DNA of 64,000 nt from positions 5,266,258 through 5,330,257 of the forward strand of contig MU060042.1 in assembly GCA_013265495.1 (NCBI GenBank), written 5' to 3'. This DNA comes from Vicugna vicugna (Eukaryota). Shown one piece after another: positions 1 to 11,150 of this stretch. The translations under genes and the position numbers were made by a program. The notes beneath the pieces were generated by a model. It did not search any database. It was given only the letters and a program-made list of their open reading frames with translations, and had not been told where the DNA came from. Numbering within the stretch: the stretch's first letter is position 1; every line of letters starts with the position of its first letter.

Positions 1-345
1 GAAAAAGAGGAAACGGGGCTGCAAGCTGTTTCTTCCTTGCCGTCCTTGTTTTAAACAGTCACAAACAAAAGTGATTCAAGATCTGAATAAAAGCTAATTC
101 AGAGAGCGTTCAAATGTTGCAATAAATAGGAAACATACTAAAAACTCAAGATTGTTTTCAGCAAACTCATAGCAGTTGGCATTTACACATTTTTTTAATG
201 TTTTAATATGCTGATTTGTGTATCTGATTTCGTGTAAGGGTCTTGTTCTTGTCAAATGATTAATATGGAATGATTTTGTGGTAAATGAAGCAAAGTTTTC
301 ATACACGTGTCCTCACTTCCTTTTGCTGTTTTCTCTCTCCTTTAG

Positions 346-486
346 TTGCACATCACATCCGGTCCTCTCGTTCCACCGTCAAGTCACTCCGTGACAACGT
401 GGGAGGGTCACAGGCACCGAGCCGCCCTCGTAGCCAGGAGGGGGGCCGAGCGGGCCCCGGGGCAGCCGGCACACCGCACGTCTCAG
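346..486 (+). other. Candidate internal exon (141 nt, open in two frames) of an unidentified plus-strand transcript
   Basis: Long polypyrimidine acceptor cctcacttccttttgctgttttctctctcctttag| ends at 345, with a CTCAC branch-like motif; donor TCAG|GTTTGT follows 486. Length is a multiple of 3. Phase-1 reading VAHHIRSSRSTVKSLRDNVGGSQAPSRPRSQEGGRAGPGAAGTPHVS has no homolog I recognise. Confidence 0.3.
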
Positions 487-1793
487 GTTTGTTCTGGGCT
501 CTCGTTCCCTGCATGGCACTCCCTGTTGGGCATGTGTGCTGACCACAGGGCACACCTGGAGGAAGTACGGACGGATCACGCCGCAGGATACACGGATGTT
601 TTCCCTGCAGCACAGAAACACGCGTCTCTCTCGTAATCTTCACCAGCTCCCCTGTGACGGCTGCTCACCTTTCTGCCCCCTTCCTCCTGCAAGAGCACAG
701 GCAATTACACAGATTAGAAACACGCTAGGCAGGAGTGTCACGTGGAACCTAAACTTGGTCACAGCGCCACGTCACCCAGAGTCCAGGGACCGTGAGGATG
801 GAGAGTCAGGTAGGACCAGACTCCAGAGGAGGTCCCGGCCGTCCTGGCAGGCTCTCCTCTGGAATCACCACTGTCACTTTGCTCACAGTCAGAGGGTTAT
901 TTTAACCAAGACCACAGGAGATTCTAATGTACACATACTCATTTCACCTTTTTCCTATGTGCAGACTTGATACGTCACCATCCTCAGCCGGAACCTTGTG
1001 ATCTGCACCGGTCCTGCCCTGGGGGGTCTTCATGGGAGCAGCTGCCCACCCCCCACCTCGACCACACGTCCCCATCCCGACCTCTCGGAGATGCTGATCC
1101 CGGCCCCGTGTGGTGCAGGGTGTCTGGGGCATCCTGACCCCCGGGCTCCCCCTGACCCTGTGAAGCATGAGGTGGCCATTCACTGTGACCCCAGACATGT
1201 TGCCTTTGATGTCATCTTCCTTCTTTCCAGGGCAAAGTCCAGCAGAGATGAGCCCACCTCCCCGTGACTCACCCCCACCAACCCCCAGGTGTTCCCCATG
1301 CAGAAGGAAAGCCGTACGGCCTGTGCCCTGCAGGTGGAGGGCTGACTCTGTGGGGAAGGAAGAAATTTGGACTCCCTTCTCCATTCACAGCTCGGGTCCA
1401 GGTCTGGCTTCCTTCTGCCTCATTCCATTAGGTGCATCCAAAGTCTAACATTACAGCAGCCTCTCCTTTACCATTTTTCTAAAATTTCTCTCATCCATCA
1501 TTCCAGTCCACCTCCATCCATTCCCAGGTCATCCAGCAAAAAGACACATAGGCCAGTTCAGAGAGAGACGAGGGGGAAGTGCGCTGTTTGTCTTTATAAG
1601 TGATGCACGCTTCATTCAGCCTCAGAAAGGAAGGAAATTCTGACGCCTGCCACAGCCTGGGTGAGCCTTGAAGACTCGATGCTCAGGGGACACGTCGGTC
1701 ACAGGAAGGCAGATGCGGGAGGACCCCACCTACACGAAGCGTCCAGAGGTCAACTCCGGGAGACAGAGAGGAGGATGGCGGGTGCCCAGACCT

Positions 1794-1816
1794 GGGGACG
1801 GGGAAATGGGGAGGGG
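1794..1816 (+). other. G-quadruplex-forming motif (four G4 runs)
   Basis: GGGGacGGGGaaatGGGGaGGGG, loops 2/4/1. Confidence 0.7.
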
Positions 1817-2100
1817 CCGGTCGCCGTCTCCATCCTGTTAAACTGCATTCTCATCAGGCTCGTAGTATCTTGATCAGAAGGAGCTGAAATGCCCAACCCA
1901 GATCAGAGCTTGTTTAAAACATAGTAAGCGAGACATAAAAGCGGGCCCAGGCACGACCGGCTGGCCCCTTACGTCCACCCTCGTGCTCGCCCCTCGCAGC
2001 CGGCCTCCCCTAGGAAACCATGCACAGATGCAGAGTTAGACTTGGTGGGGGGCACATTCTAGCAAAGTCCAGGGTCCCTGCCTGCAGCGCACGCTGCAGA

Positions 2101-2112
2101 GGGGAAATCCCC
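2101..2112. promoter_or_regulatory. NF-kB consensus site
   Basis: GGGGAAATCCCC fits GGGRNWYYCC; motif match only. Confidence 0.35.
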
Positions 2113-2649
2113 CTCTCGGGTTTTAAGATTTTACCGTGGATTGATCCAATTTTATCTTTTAAGAAACCAGATTTTTGGCCCCATGAGCTCGTTTATGGAC
2201 ACTGGGACTGCACTAGTGTCACAGGAGGAACAAAGCGTGAGGTGTCTTTGTCGCAGCCCGAAGAGGAAGACCCTGCTTGCAGGCGGGACCACCTTTCGCT
2301 TGCAAGGGAGCCGAGCCCCTTGGCGGGGCTGCGCCGCGAGGTGAGCTCGTCTTGATCTCGAGGGGTGGCCTCCAGATGGGGAGCAAATCCTTGATGAAAA
2401 TGAAAGACGAAAATGACGGCAATCCCGTGCGTTCTGGCCTTTGTTGTGTAAACAAACATGCTTCTCAGCCCCAACTGTTTGCCATCAAAAGGGTGGTCTT
2501 TTAATTTAGGACTTTTTTTATTCTGACCCACACAGACTGATTTTCTCTGTTTCTTTCTTTCTTTCCTATATTTTGCAACAAGGCACACAGAAATTTTTAT
2601 GGCTGCTCAGAGCTCGATTTCAGAAACAAATATTGCGGGATTGTGTGTG

Positions 2650-4340
2650 TGTCTGAGTGTGTGTGATCCTGTGCAACTTTCTCACGTTGCAGGTTGTGAG
2701 CCCTTAGGCTACTTTTATAGCCACATGTATAGCCACACCCTCCCCGCTTCGGTCCCTACTCCCTGGTGACTGCTGATCTGGTCTCCATTTCTAAACGTTT
2801 GCCATTTCAAAAATGGTATGTCGCTGCACTCACGTGGTCTGTAACCTTATGAAACTGGCTTTGTCACCACACACGGCTCCTTCAGACCCGCCCAAGCCTT
2901 GCCCACTGAGCCTGCTGCTCTGCGTCCGAGCAGAGTCCCTTAAACGCTTGGACGCCCCACGGTGAGCGTTTAACCTCCCAGCCAGGAATCGCACCGGGGT
3001 CGTTCCCGACGTTCACCTCCCGTGAATAAGGCGGCCCTGGACGTTTGCGCAGAGCTTCCTGGGGGTCCGCTTTCATTTCTGTGGCATCCACGCCCAAGGT
3101 GGGCAGTTGTGGCTGAGTGTGCACACGCAGTTTAGAGTGACGCTAATTGGATATTTGCTTTTTCCTAGGAAACCGCCAGCTGTTTTCCAGGGTGGCTGCA
3201 TCATTCCAAGTCCTGCCGGCAATGGAGGAGGGACCCAGTTTCTTCCCCCTCAACAGCATTTTGAGTTGTCCCTGATTTTCATTCTCGTCCTTCTGACAGG
3301 TGTGCGGTGGCAGCTAATGGTGGTGTGATTTGCATTTCCTTAGATGATAATAGTGACCCTTTTCATATGCTTTTTTGCTGTCTGTATAGCTTCGTGGCCA
3401 AAGGCCCATTTGTATGTTTCGGCGTTTTGTGACTGGGCCAGTCCCTTCATGCTGCCGCACTTGGGTACAGCTCAGGTGATGGTCATTTGTCAGAAGATGT
3501 GATTTGCAAGTATTTTCTCAACCAAAATTTTCTCTGAGTCTGTAACTTATATTTTCCTCATGTTAATAAAATCTTTGACCAAGAATTTTATAGTTTGGGG
3601 AGATTCCGTGTGAGTTTTCATTTTATGGATCCTGCCTTTGCTGCCTGTGTCTGCGAGGTTCGTGTCCAGCCCCTGACTGCTTCAGCTGTTCTAGGACCTC
3701 TGACTTCCCATAAAAGCACTTAGAGTAAGCGTCGCCGTATTTGAAAATTCTGCTCTAATTTTGGAAGAGATTGCTTTGAACGTAAGAACCCGTTTGGGGT
3801 GACGAGTCTTCTCCTGTGATGAGGCTTCCAGTCCATGAGCACGATGTGCCCATTCATTTATTTACAAAGAGCTGCCCGTTTGTCTCCTTTGATTTCTCTC
3901 GTCAGCATGTTGTAACGCTCGGCACACAGGTCCGGAACGTGGTTTGCTGGTCATTCGTGTCCTCTGGCACGACTGTAAATGAAGCTGTGTTTTTGATTTT
4001 GGTTTCTGCATGTTCCTCGTTAGTGCCTGGAAGTACAGCTAGTCTTTGTGTGTTGATTTTGCGTTCTGCACACTTGTTGAACTGACTCGCTTATTAGGTC
4101 TAGAAGTTTGCAGACTCCTCGGGGTTTTCTACACAGACAATCCTGTCCTCTGCAAATAGAGACATCGTATTTCTTCCTGTCCAATCTGTATGCTTTTCTT
4201 TCTCTGTCTTGCTGTTTTGTGCCAGATCAAGGTTGAATGAGACTTGTGAGAGCAGATACACGTTGCTCGATCCGCATCTTAGGAAGAAACCGTTCATTAT
4301 TTTACCATGAGGGATGATGTCAGCTGCAGGTTTTATTTTT
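2650..4340 (-). mobile_element. Ancient L1M (L1MB/MC-like) fragment, ORF2 3' part plus 3' UTR, antisense
   Basis: Recognisable antisense L1 blocks such as ctggtgactgctgatctggtctccatttct, gatttgcatttccttagatgataat, gtcctctgcaaatagagaca and tttaccatgagggatgatgtcagctgcagg; interrupted and degraded. Confidence 0.8.
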
Positions 4341-4344
4341 GTTT

Positions 4345-5600
4345 ATTTTAAACACAAGCTTTGCTCTTTAGAACAGTTTTCGGTTTACAGAAAAATTATG
4401 AGGATGGTACCAAGGCTTCCTGTGTACTCCTCACACACCCTTTCCTGTAGCTTACATCTGACATTAATATGTTCCATCTGCTACAGTTAGTGAGCCGTGC
4501 TGCTGCATCCTCCTTCACCAAACCAGATCATCGGCCAGATCTTCTTACTTTTGTCCTGACGGACCTCATCTCAGGGGATCACCCAGGATGCCGCGTGGCA
4601 ACTAGTCCTCACGTCCCTTCAGGCTCCTCTGGGCCGAGGCGTCTCAGGAGTTCCTTGTTTTGGATGACTGACAGGTCTGAGAAGGACACCCCGGGGGGGA
4701 TTGGTCTGGCGTTTTTCTCACGCTGAGACTGGGCCTGTGGGTTTGGGCTGAAGCGCACAGAGGTGGGCACCGTTCCCATCACCCACCAGGGACGCTCTCT
4801 ACTCAGCGCGACGCCACCCTCGATGCTCGGCATGACCGCCAGGCAGAACGTCCCTCGGGGACCTGCACGGGGACGCTCTTCTCCTTGCCCTCCTCCCCTC
4901 CTTCCCGCCCCCTTCCCATCCCGGCCCACCTGGAAGGAGTACCCCGCACAGACCGCGCGCCGGGCGGGGCTGTGCTCCGCCTCCTGTGGGCAGAGGAGCC
5001 TCTGCACAGGTTGCGTGGACTCCCTCTTTCCGGGAGGTCTGCCTTTCCTGCCCTGGTTCGTTGATTTATTCCGTCATCCGCTTACGTCACTCTGGGCTGC
5101 CGGGTGCCCACCCTGTAATCTGCGCTGTGACGCAACGCGCCCTTGTGGCTTCTGTTGCTCTCATTTCTCCAGGTTTGGCACTGGGGCTCCTCCGGTCAGC
5201 TCCTGGGTCCTTCCACAAACCTTTTTTTTTTTTTTTTTTTAGCATTTCCTTCCTTTTTGAACCAACAAGATGCTCCATACTCCCCTTGTGTATGTCCTGT
5301 CCCCATCCTGGGGCCAGTTATTTATCCAAGAAGTCCTGGCTGCTCTGACTGGGGCTCACGTGGGCTCTGAGTGGGCACTGCCCCTGCTGCATCCTCACTT
5401 CTGGACCCTCCCAGCCAGCAGAGCAAGGACAGGTGTGTGGCACCAACCTGCACGTATATGATGTATCTACGAACACCTGCGTGCTGAAGCCCGGGTTCAC
5501 CCCACCGTCGCCACCTCTGACCCAGCACCCGCCACGCGGGGCCACCAGCCTCCACTTAGACGATTTCCACACTCTCTCTTCCCATCTCATGCCCAAGGCA
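4345..5600 (-). mobile_element. Second old L1M 3' end, antisense, strongly GC-shifted
   Basis: ttagaacagttttcggtttacagaaaaatt, aggctcctctgggccg, ccaggtttggcactggggctc and aagatgctccatactc follow the order of the L1MB/MC 3'-UTR consensus as I recall it. Confidence 0.7.
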
Positions 5601-6779
5601 TTTGGTTTATAATTCCTTTTCGGTGCTGCATTAAATTTAGGAACTAAATCTAATTGTGGTTTGCTGTGCTCTAGTGGGCCGGCCTCACCCGCTGTTGGCG
5701 AGCTCCCCGGCCGAGATGCAGAGGGAGGGTCTCCCTGTGGCCGAGCAGCTGCCTCGGGTGGGAAACACGCCCAGGAAGCTACGCTGGCTGTTTCAAACCA
5801 CCCAGGCTCCGCCGTGTGGCCAAGAGTAATCATACCCCGTTGTCCTCCCTCGTGTCCACTGCGAGCTGGGAAATGGGACCTTACGGTCATTAGAGGCTCG
5901 AACGCTCACGCTGCCGTGGCCGGAAGAGGCTCATTTTGGGAACTAAAGTGTCACCTGAGGCAGGAAGTCTGGAGCAGGCGTCACAAGGGCGGGGCACTGA
6001 GACGTCGTCAGAGACCAGAGCTTCCCTGTCTTCCGGAGGGAAAGGTCTAAGACTGAGGCTGAGAAGGGACGTGCGCGTGCGCCTCCGCGTCCCCTGTAGA
6101 TGCCTGTTTACCCAGGAGCCCCTGCCGTGAAGAGCTGCCTTTGCAGAGCAGGGCGGATGCTCCCAGCACCAGGGGTTGGAGCCTAAGGCGCGCGTGGAGG
6201 AGAGGAGACTCTGCAAGCGGGAAGAACCGACTGTGGGGAGCCCCTGGGGGTCTTCCGTTTCCCTCCCCCCACCGTTTCTCCCCCTCACTCCTTTGTTCTT
6301 CCCTCCGCTAATTACTAGACAATTATCCCCTTACTTTGTCACATGCACTTGGTGCTTTAAATTCCCTTACAAAGACAGCAAGACCTGTCCAAAGGTGATT
6401 TTTACAAATCAGGGGAGAGGTGACCACCCCCCACCTCAGTTCCTCATTTTTGGCTTTTCAAGATGAAAACCACCAAAGGCAGCAGTGGCAATCCGGAGAC
6501 CGGAGTAACAGGAGCGCTGCCCCCGCGTGGACGCCTGGCCGTGCTGTGAGCACGCGTCCTGAGGTCTGGTCCGCGGCCCAGCGACCATCTGTCGCACAAG
6601 CCGGGGGAACTCAGCACTCCCCAGCACGTTCTAGCTCCCCTGACTGAGATGGATGATGAATGGAAGTGTTTGCGTTTCTCAGCGGCAGTTAGAAAACGCT
6701 GCAGGATGGTACGGATGCTCTGAGAATCCCACTGCACATCGCGCAGCATGAAAACCACGGCCCTTCAGTTATTTTCAGT

Positions 6780-6789
6780 GGGAATTCCC
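6780..6789. promoter_or_regulatory. Perfect palindromic NF-kB site
   Basis: GGGAATTCCC inside the 12-bp palindrome TGGGAATTCCCA (6779-6790); motif match only. Confidence 0.4.
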
Positions 6790-7207
6790 AGTAAAACAAA
6801 GTGTCTGTGATGGTTTTTTGGTGTCCTGCCTGCCTTGACCACCACGAGGCTGTCCCCTTAGTGCCTCACGGACACCTTGGCACTGGCAGGCCGGACGCGA
6901 CAGGCTGCAGGTCTCTGTCCGCAGAGCCCCCCGCCCCCGTCCCCACCAGACGCCCGGCATCCTGCCCGGGGGCTCAGTGCCCAGCGGCTGACAAGGGACT
7001 TGTACTGACCTCCCAGGACCCGTCCCTGCTGGCTGCAGGTGGGCAACCGTACCTAAAACTCGTGGCTGGGAGGCAGAGAGTGGCCCGAACAAGGGAGCCT
7101 TCTAGGAGGGCCGAGGGGGGTGGACACCAGCCAGACGCCCCGTGTGGCTGCCCACGTGCCTCTCACACGGCGAGGGAACTAGGTGAGACCAGCTCTCTAA
7201 GATGAAG

Positions 7208-7258
7208 TGCCGGCCACACTTAGTCACAAGGGAGAGACCCTTGTGACTAAGGCCGGCA
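7208..7258. repeat. Perfect 14-bp inverted repeat with 5-nt loop, extended by 7 bp past a 4-nt bulge
   Basis: tgccggc-caca-CTTAGTCACAAGGG-agaga-CCCTTGTGACTAAG-gccggca. Confidence 0.95.
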
Positions 7259-7434
7259 GCCGATGTGGCATCTTCATCACGGATTCAGGAGGAGGTCAGG
7301 GCCAGGACGGGCTGCGCTGGGCTGGGAGCAGCCTCCCCTGGGCTCCTGGGTGGCGATGGTGAGGGTCCTCCTGACCAAGGCGGCCACATGGTGTTTCCCA
7401 GCCCCTGCTCTGAAGGTGCTCCGACGCCCTCACT

Positions 7435-7560
7435 GCCACCCTTCTTTACAGACGAGGACTCTGGCACTCACAGAGGTCAAGGCAGTGGCCTGAAGATGAC
7501 ACAGGTGTGAATAGTGGGGTGAAGGACCCCACTCAAATCTGAGGCCAAAGGACTTGCTTC
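7435..7560 (-). mobile_element. MIR SINE fragment
   Basis: ttctttacagacgaggactctggcactcacagaggtcaagg resembles the antisense MIR core (ttttacagatgaggaaactgaggctcagagaggttaag). Confidence 0.65.
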
Positions 7561-9163
7561 AGTCCAGTTACTGACCTCGGCGGCAGGGCAGCTGTGTCAC
7601 ACCCGGTGACCCCGGGCGAAGTCCCCGGTTCCCGAGTGCATCTCGGGCTCCTGGAGAGAGAACACAGGGCCCGTGGGCGGGAGGGCCGCAGGTGTGTTTG
7701 CGGAGGACGCCTGCTGTCCTGTGGCTTGGGGCTCTTTCACTCTCTGCCTAGCGATGGCCCCCCGTCCTTCTCTCGGGGTCCTGCTGGGTCTCAACCCAAG
7801 ACTTGCTGTTTGCACCAGGACTGGCAGACCATCAGAGGACGCTGTCCCCGTCAGGCCAAGAAACAGGCACGTGAAGGAGGCTGGGATCACGATTGTGATC
7901 ACCGGACACAACCTGGGGCAGGTGGCCAGAGCTGGACAACCTTTGTCCTCACCCAGGACGGAAACTCACGTCCGACTCCTCCCTGTTCTCTGGGGTCGCC
8001 ACCTGTCTGGGGTGAACGCAGCAAGGGGGGGTCCGCTTTCCTCCCCGGGCTGAGGGAGGCCGTCTGTCCTGGACGAGGAGGAGGCTGCGGGAGGGGCACC
8101 AAGGACCATGCCCCACCGGGCCGCCTGAGAGCCTGGGAGCCACCCAGGACGCCCCCTCGCCTCCGTCCACGCGGGCCGGCCTCCGTTCCTTGTTATTTTG
8201 TATTCGCCGGAGCTGACCTGAGCTGGGGTTTTCTTACCAGTGGGGTCCTCTCTACTTCAGGTTTTACGGCAGCAGTGCTGGGGCAGGAGTGGAAAGGAAG
8301 GTGTTGGTGACACAGACGCCGACGTCGGGAAGTCCGCAGGCGCAGAGGACAAACGGGACTGACGGATGTCGGCAGGTGTGTCGGGACCTCACCAGTCCTG
8401 AGGCTGGAGGTCCCCGGTCCTGAGACCCCCTCAGCCCGGACCAGCCCAGAGGGTCGTCTACCTTGCGGTGGATACACCCCAGGCTCTCAGGCCGACAGTG
8501 GATTTCTGCAGCTTCCCTAGGACAGCTTTTGTGGGCATTCCTGGTCCCCCCGATTAACTGCCTCACTGTGGTGAGGTCCTTGAAGACTCAGAGGGTGGAG
8601 AGCAGCGTGGATCTTCCTTCTTGTTTGTATGAACTATGATTTCCGTGAGGGCATTGTGGAAGGCAATGGAATACTCAGATTGTCACTTGCGTTTCTGCAG
8701 CACGCCCACCAAATATAAAGTGGGTGCAGGCTGGGGTGTCCGGGGGCACCATGGACTCGCGGTCACAGGGCCCGGGGACGGCTGGCCTCCCCCCTCGGGG
8801 GCTGTGGCTCCTGCAGTGACAGCACAGCGAGGATGGCAGGTAACTGTCTGAAGGCCAGCGGCCCCACATGCCGCACACGTGTGCTTCCCGGGGGTTGGAG
8901 GAACCCGTGTTCCCTCCCCAACTCGTGTCTGGGAGCCAGAGGAGGCCAGGTTCCCTGGACTTTTGATGATATTGAGGTTGTCATTTGAATAGCTTTTCAA
9001 AAAAATATATCCAACATAATAAGTGCACTCACCCCAGGATGCTGAAAGGTAAACCAATGGCCAGACACACCGCTAACTGTGTGAGAGCTCGCGGAGCAAC
9101 ATGTTTGTAATTGAGAACAACCTCCCTGAAGAGGCAAGGATGATTTTTATGCCCCAAGCAAAA

Positions 9164-9189
9164 CACGCGCACGCACACACACACACACA
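9164..9189. repeat. (CA)n microsatellite, imperfect
   Basis: acacgcgcacgcacacacacacacac. Confidence 0.85.
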
Positions 9190-10559
9190 GATAAAAGGCT
9201 CAAGTTTTTTTCTCCGAGAACACCTGGTTTACAGTGCTCGAAAAGCAAATGTGGATTAACCTATAAATTAAGTGTTCATCATACACAAACCATTGATTAA
9301 AACAAAGTAAAATCTATAGACCTCAAGGAAACTCGACACAGATTTTTATAAGAACACAAAGAAAGTGAGGGGAACCACTCTTCTGAATTCGGTGTCCTCA
9401 AAACTGAAATAAACCTGATGATTTAAATGTGAGGGACCTGCCCCCCACCCGCCCTGTCAGGCTTCATCCAGTGACGAGTGGAAACCTGCCGACAACCCTT
9501 TAAGACCAAAGAAGGCGGCTCCTTCCAGCTCCGTTCTCCAGTTTGAATCCTTTGTGCAGGATGCCAGCCTTAGAATATTTGTTCTGTGCCCAAATCCAAA
9601 CCCTGAATATGAATCTAAACCCAAAGCTGAGAGGGGAGTGTGGCCCCAGACCTCGGGTTCCTTCCACATGAGCAGGGCTCCCCCAGCCCCCGCCTCCATA
9701 GCCCGTCTGGGGAGGCCAGGGACAGCGTCCGCGTCCCTGCACCCCGGAAGGAGGGGCCTGAGGATGCAGGACACCTGTGATGCTCTGGGTGTGGGAGGGC
9801 CACCCTGGGAGATGCTCCCCTTCCTGTCGACCTTGCCCAGGGATAACCAGCCACAACAAAGTGAGCCCACGGCCCTGGGAGGTCAGCCAGGAGGGCATGA
9901 GGTGTGAGATTCTGCACCTTCAGGGAAGCTCGGTGGGAGAAAGTTCTGGTTCCCTCACAGTCACGCAAACCCACTTCAAGACACACAGCCTTGCTGTCTC
10001 CCACCTCACGTCCCTTCCTGCTAAGAGTAAGATCCAAGACCGATACTCTGCGGTGTCGTCTCCCCGCCTGCTCCCTACAGCATCCCCGCAGCCCGGACCA
10101 GCCCGGAGGGTCTAACCGTTTGCTAACTACAAATCAGGGCTCTCTGCTGCCTTTTCTCAGTGTGTCTTCCACAACGGAATTTCAGAGACGGAAAAGTTCA
10201 AATAATCAAATTACTTAACAGGAATACGCATTAGAGTCCGTTGTACCAGGATCTAAGTGTGGAAAGGGTTTCACGTCTAGAACACGGCCCGTGTTTCGTT
10301 GCTCAAGTTAGATGGCATTGTGTCTCTCCTGACGAGGGCCGTGTGCGGAGAATGGATGGGATATGAATATTATTTTTTAATTCCAGAAAAATTGCTTGAT
10401 GTTTATAAATAATCTATTCAGTCTCTTTAGCAAAAGGGAAACGTTAAAATGATGGAAAACACCATCCTCCCAGACTTGTCCGCAGTCTTTAAATCATTCT
10501 CTAGTCCGCTCCTCTTGCCGACATTCGGAGGTGATTTTAATCAAGGGCCCTTGACAAGG

Positions 10560-11150
10560 TACCATAGTCATTCAAAATTACTGGCTCAGGGAAATCTTTA
10601 TAAAGATGGCTTTAAAGAGTCCAGAAATCCCAATGGTTCTCCGTACCAGGAGGGCGCCCCATAAAATTGTAAACGAGGGCGCACGCCAGCTGAGCTTATA
10701 AAGCGCTGCTGCTCTTCTGGGTTGACATTTCATGGATTCCGAGTGGGCCCAGCTCAGTGGCGCAACATAAATCACAGGACAGATCTGAGCGTCGTAAAAC
10801 GTGCACGCAGGAGCCTTCTAGAGGCTACAAAGTTAAGAGTAATCAGTATGTATTCAAATAGGACGAGTTATTGCTAACATCGTAATTATAGTGAAAAATA
10901 GTAGTTTTCAGAGCAGAGGGACACCAAAACCTAATTGCCAGCATGATTATAATAGCTAGGAATTAATCGATCAATTGAAATTGGGACGATTATTTTAACA
11001 GTGAGACCGAAACATCTTTTGTGTTAAAACAATTGCCTAAAAGCATAATCAGCAATCTTTTCTCATGATTCAAAAGTTCCTTTTAACTGCAACCAAAATG
11101 ATCCTCATTCTCCTTTCTTTGGACCAGAAATCACTTCTTTGTCTTCTATG
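10560..11150. promoter_or_regulatory. Candidate developmental enhancer (HOX/PBX/FOX motif cluster)
   Basis: Non-repetitive and AT-rich. Motifs: CCATAAAA 10659, TGTAAAC 10668, CATAAATCA (reverse complement TGATTTATG, PBX-HOX) 10766, GTCGTAAAA 10791, CTAATTG 10931, ATCGAT near 10966. Confidence 0.45.

Noticed and set aside
7594-8310. 238-aa ORF (similar cases: 5318-5890, 42998-43567, 53192-53857)
   Set aside because: GC-rich composition with low stop frequency, non-ATG or weak starts and no homology recognised
8309-8382. Imperfect inverted repeat that could fold as a pre-miRNA-like hairpin
   Set aside because: Short, mismatched arms in GC-rich sequence; not distinguishable from chance
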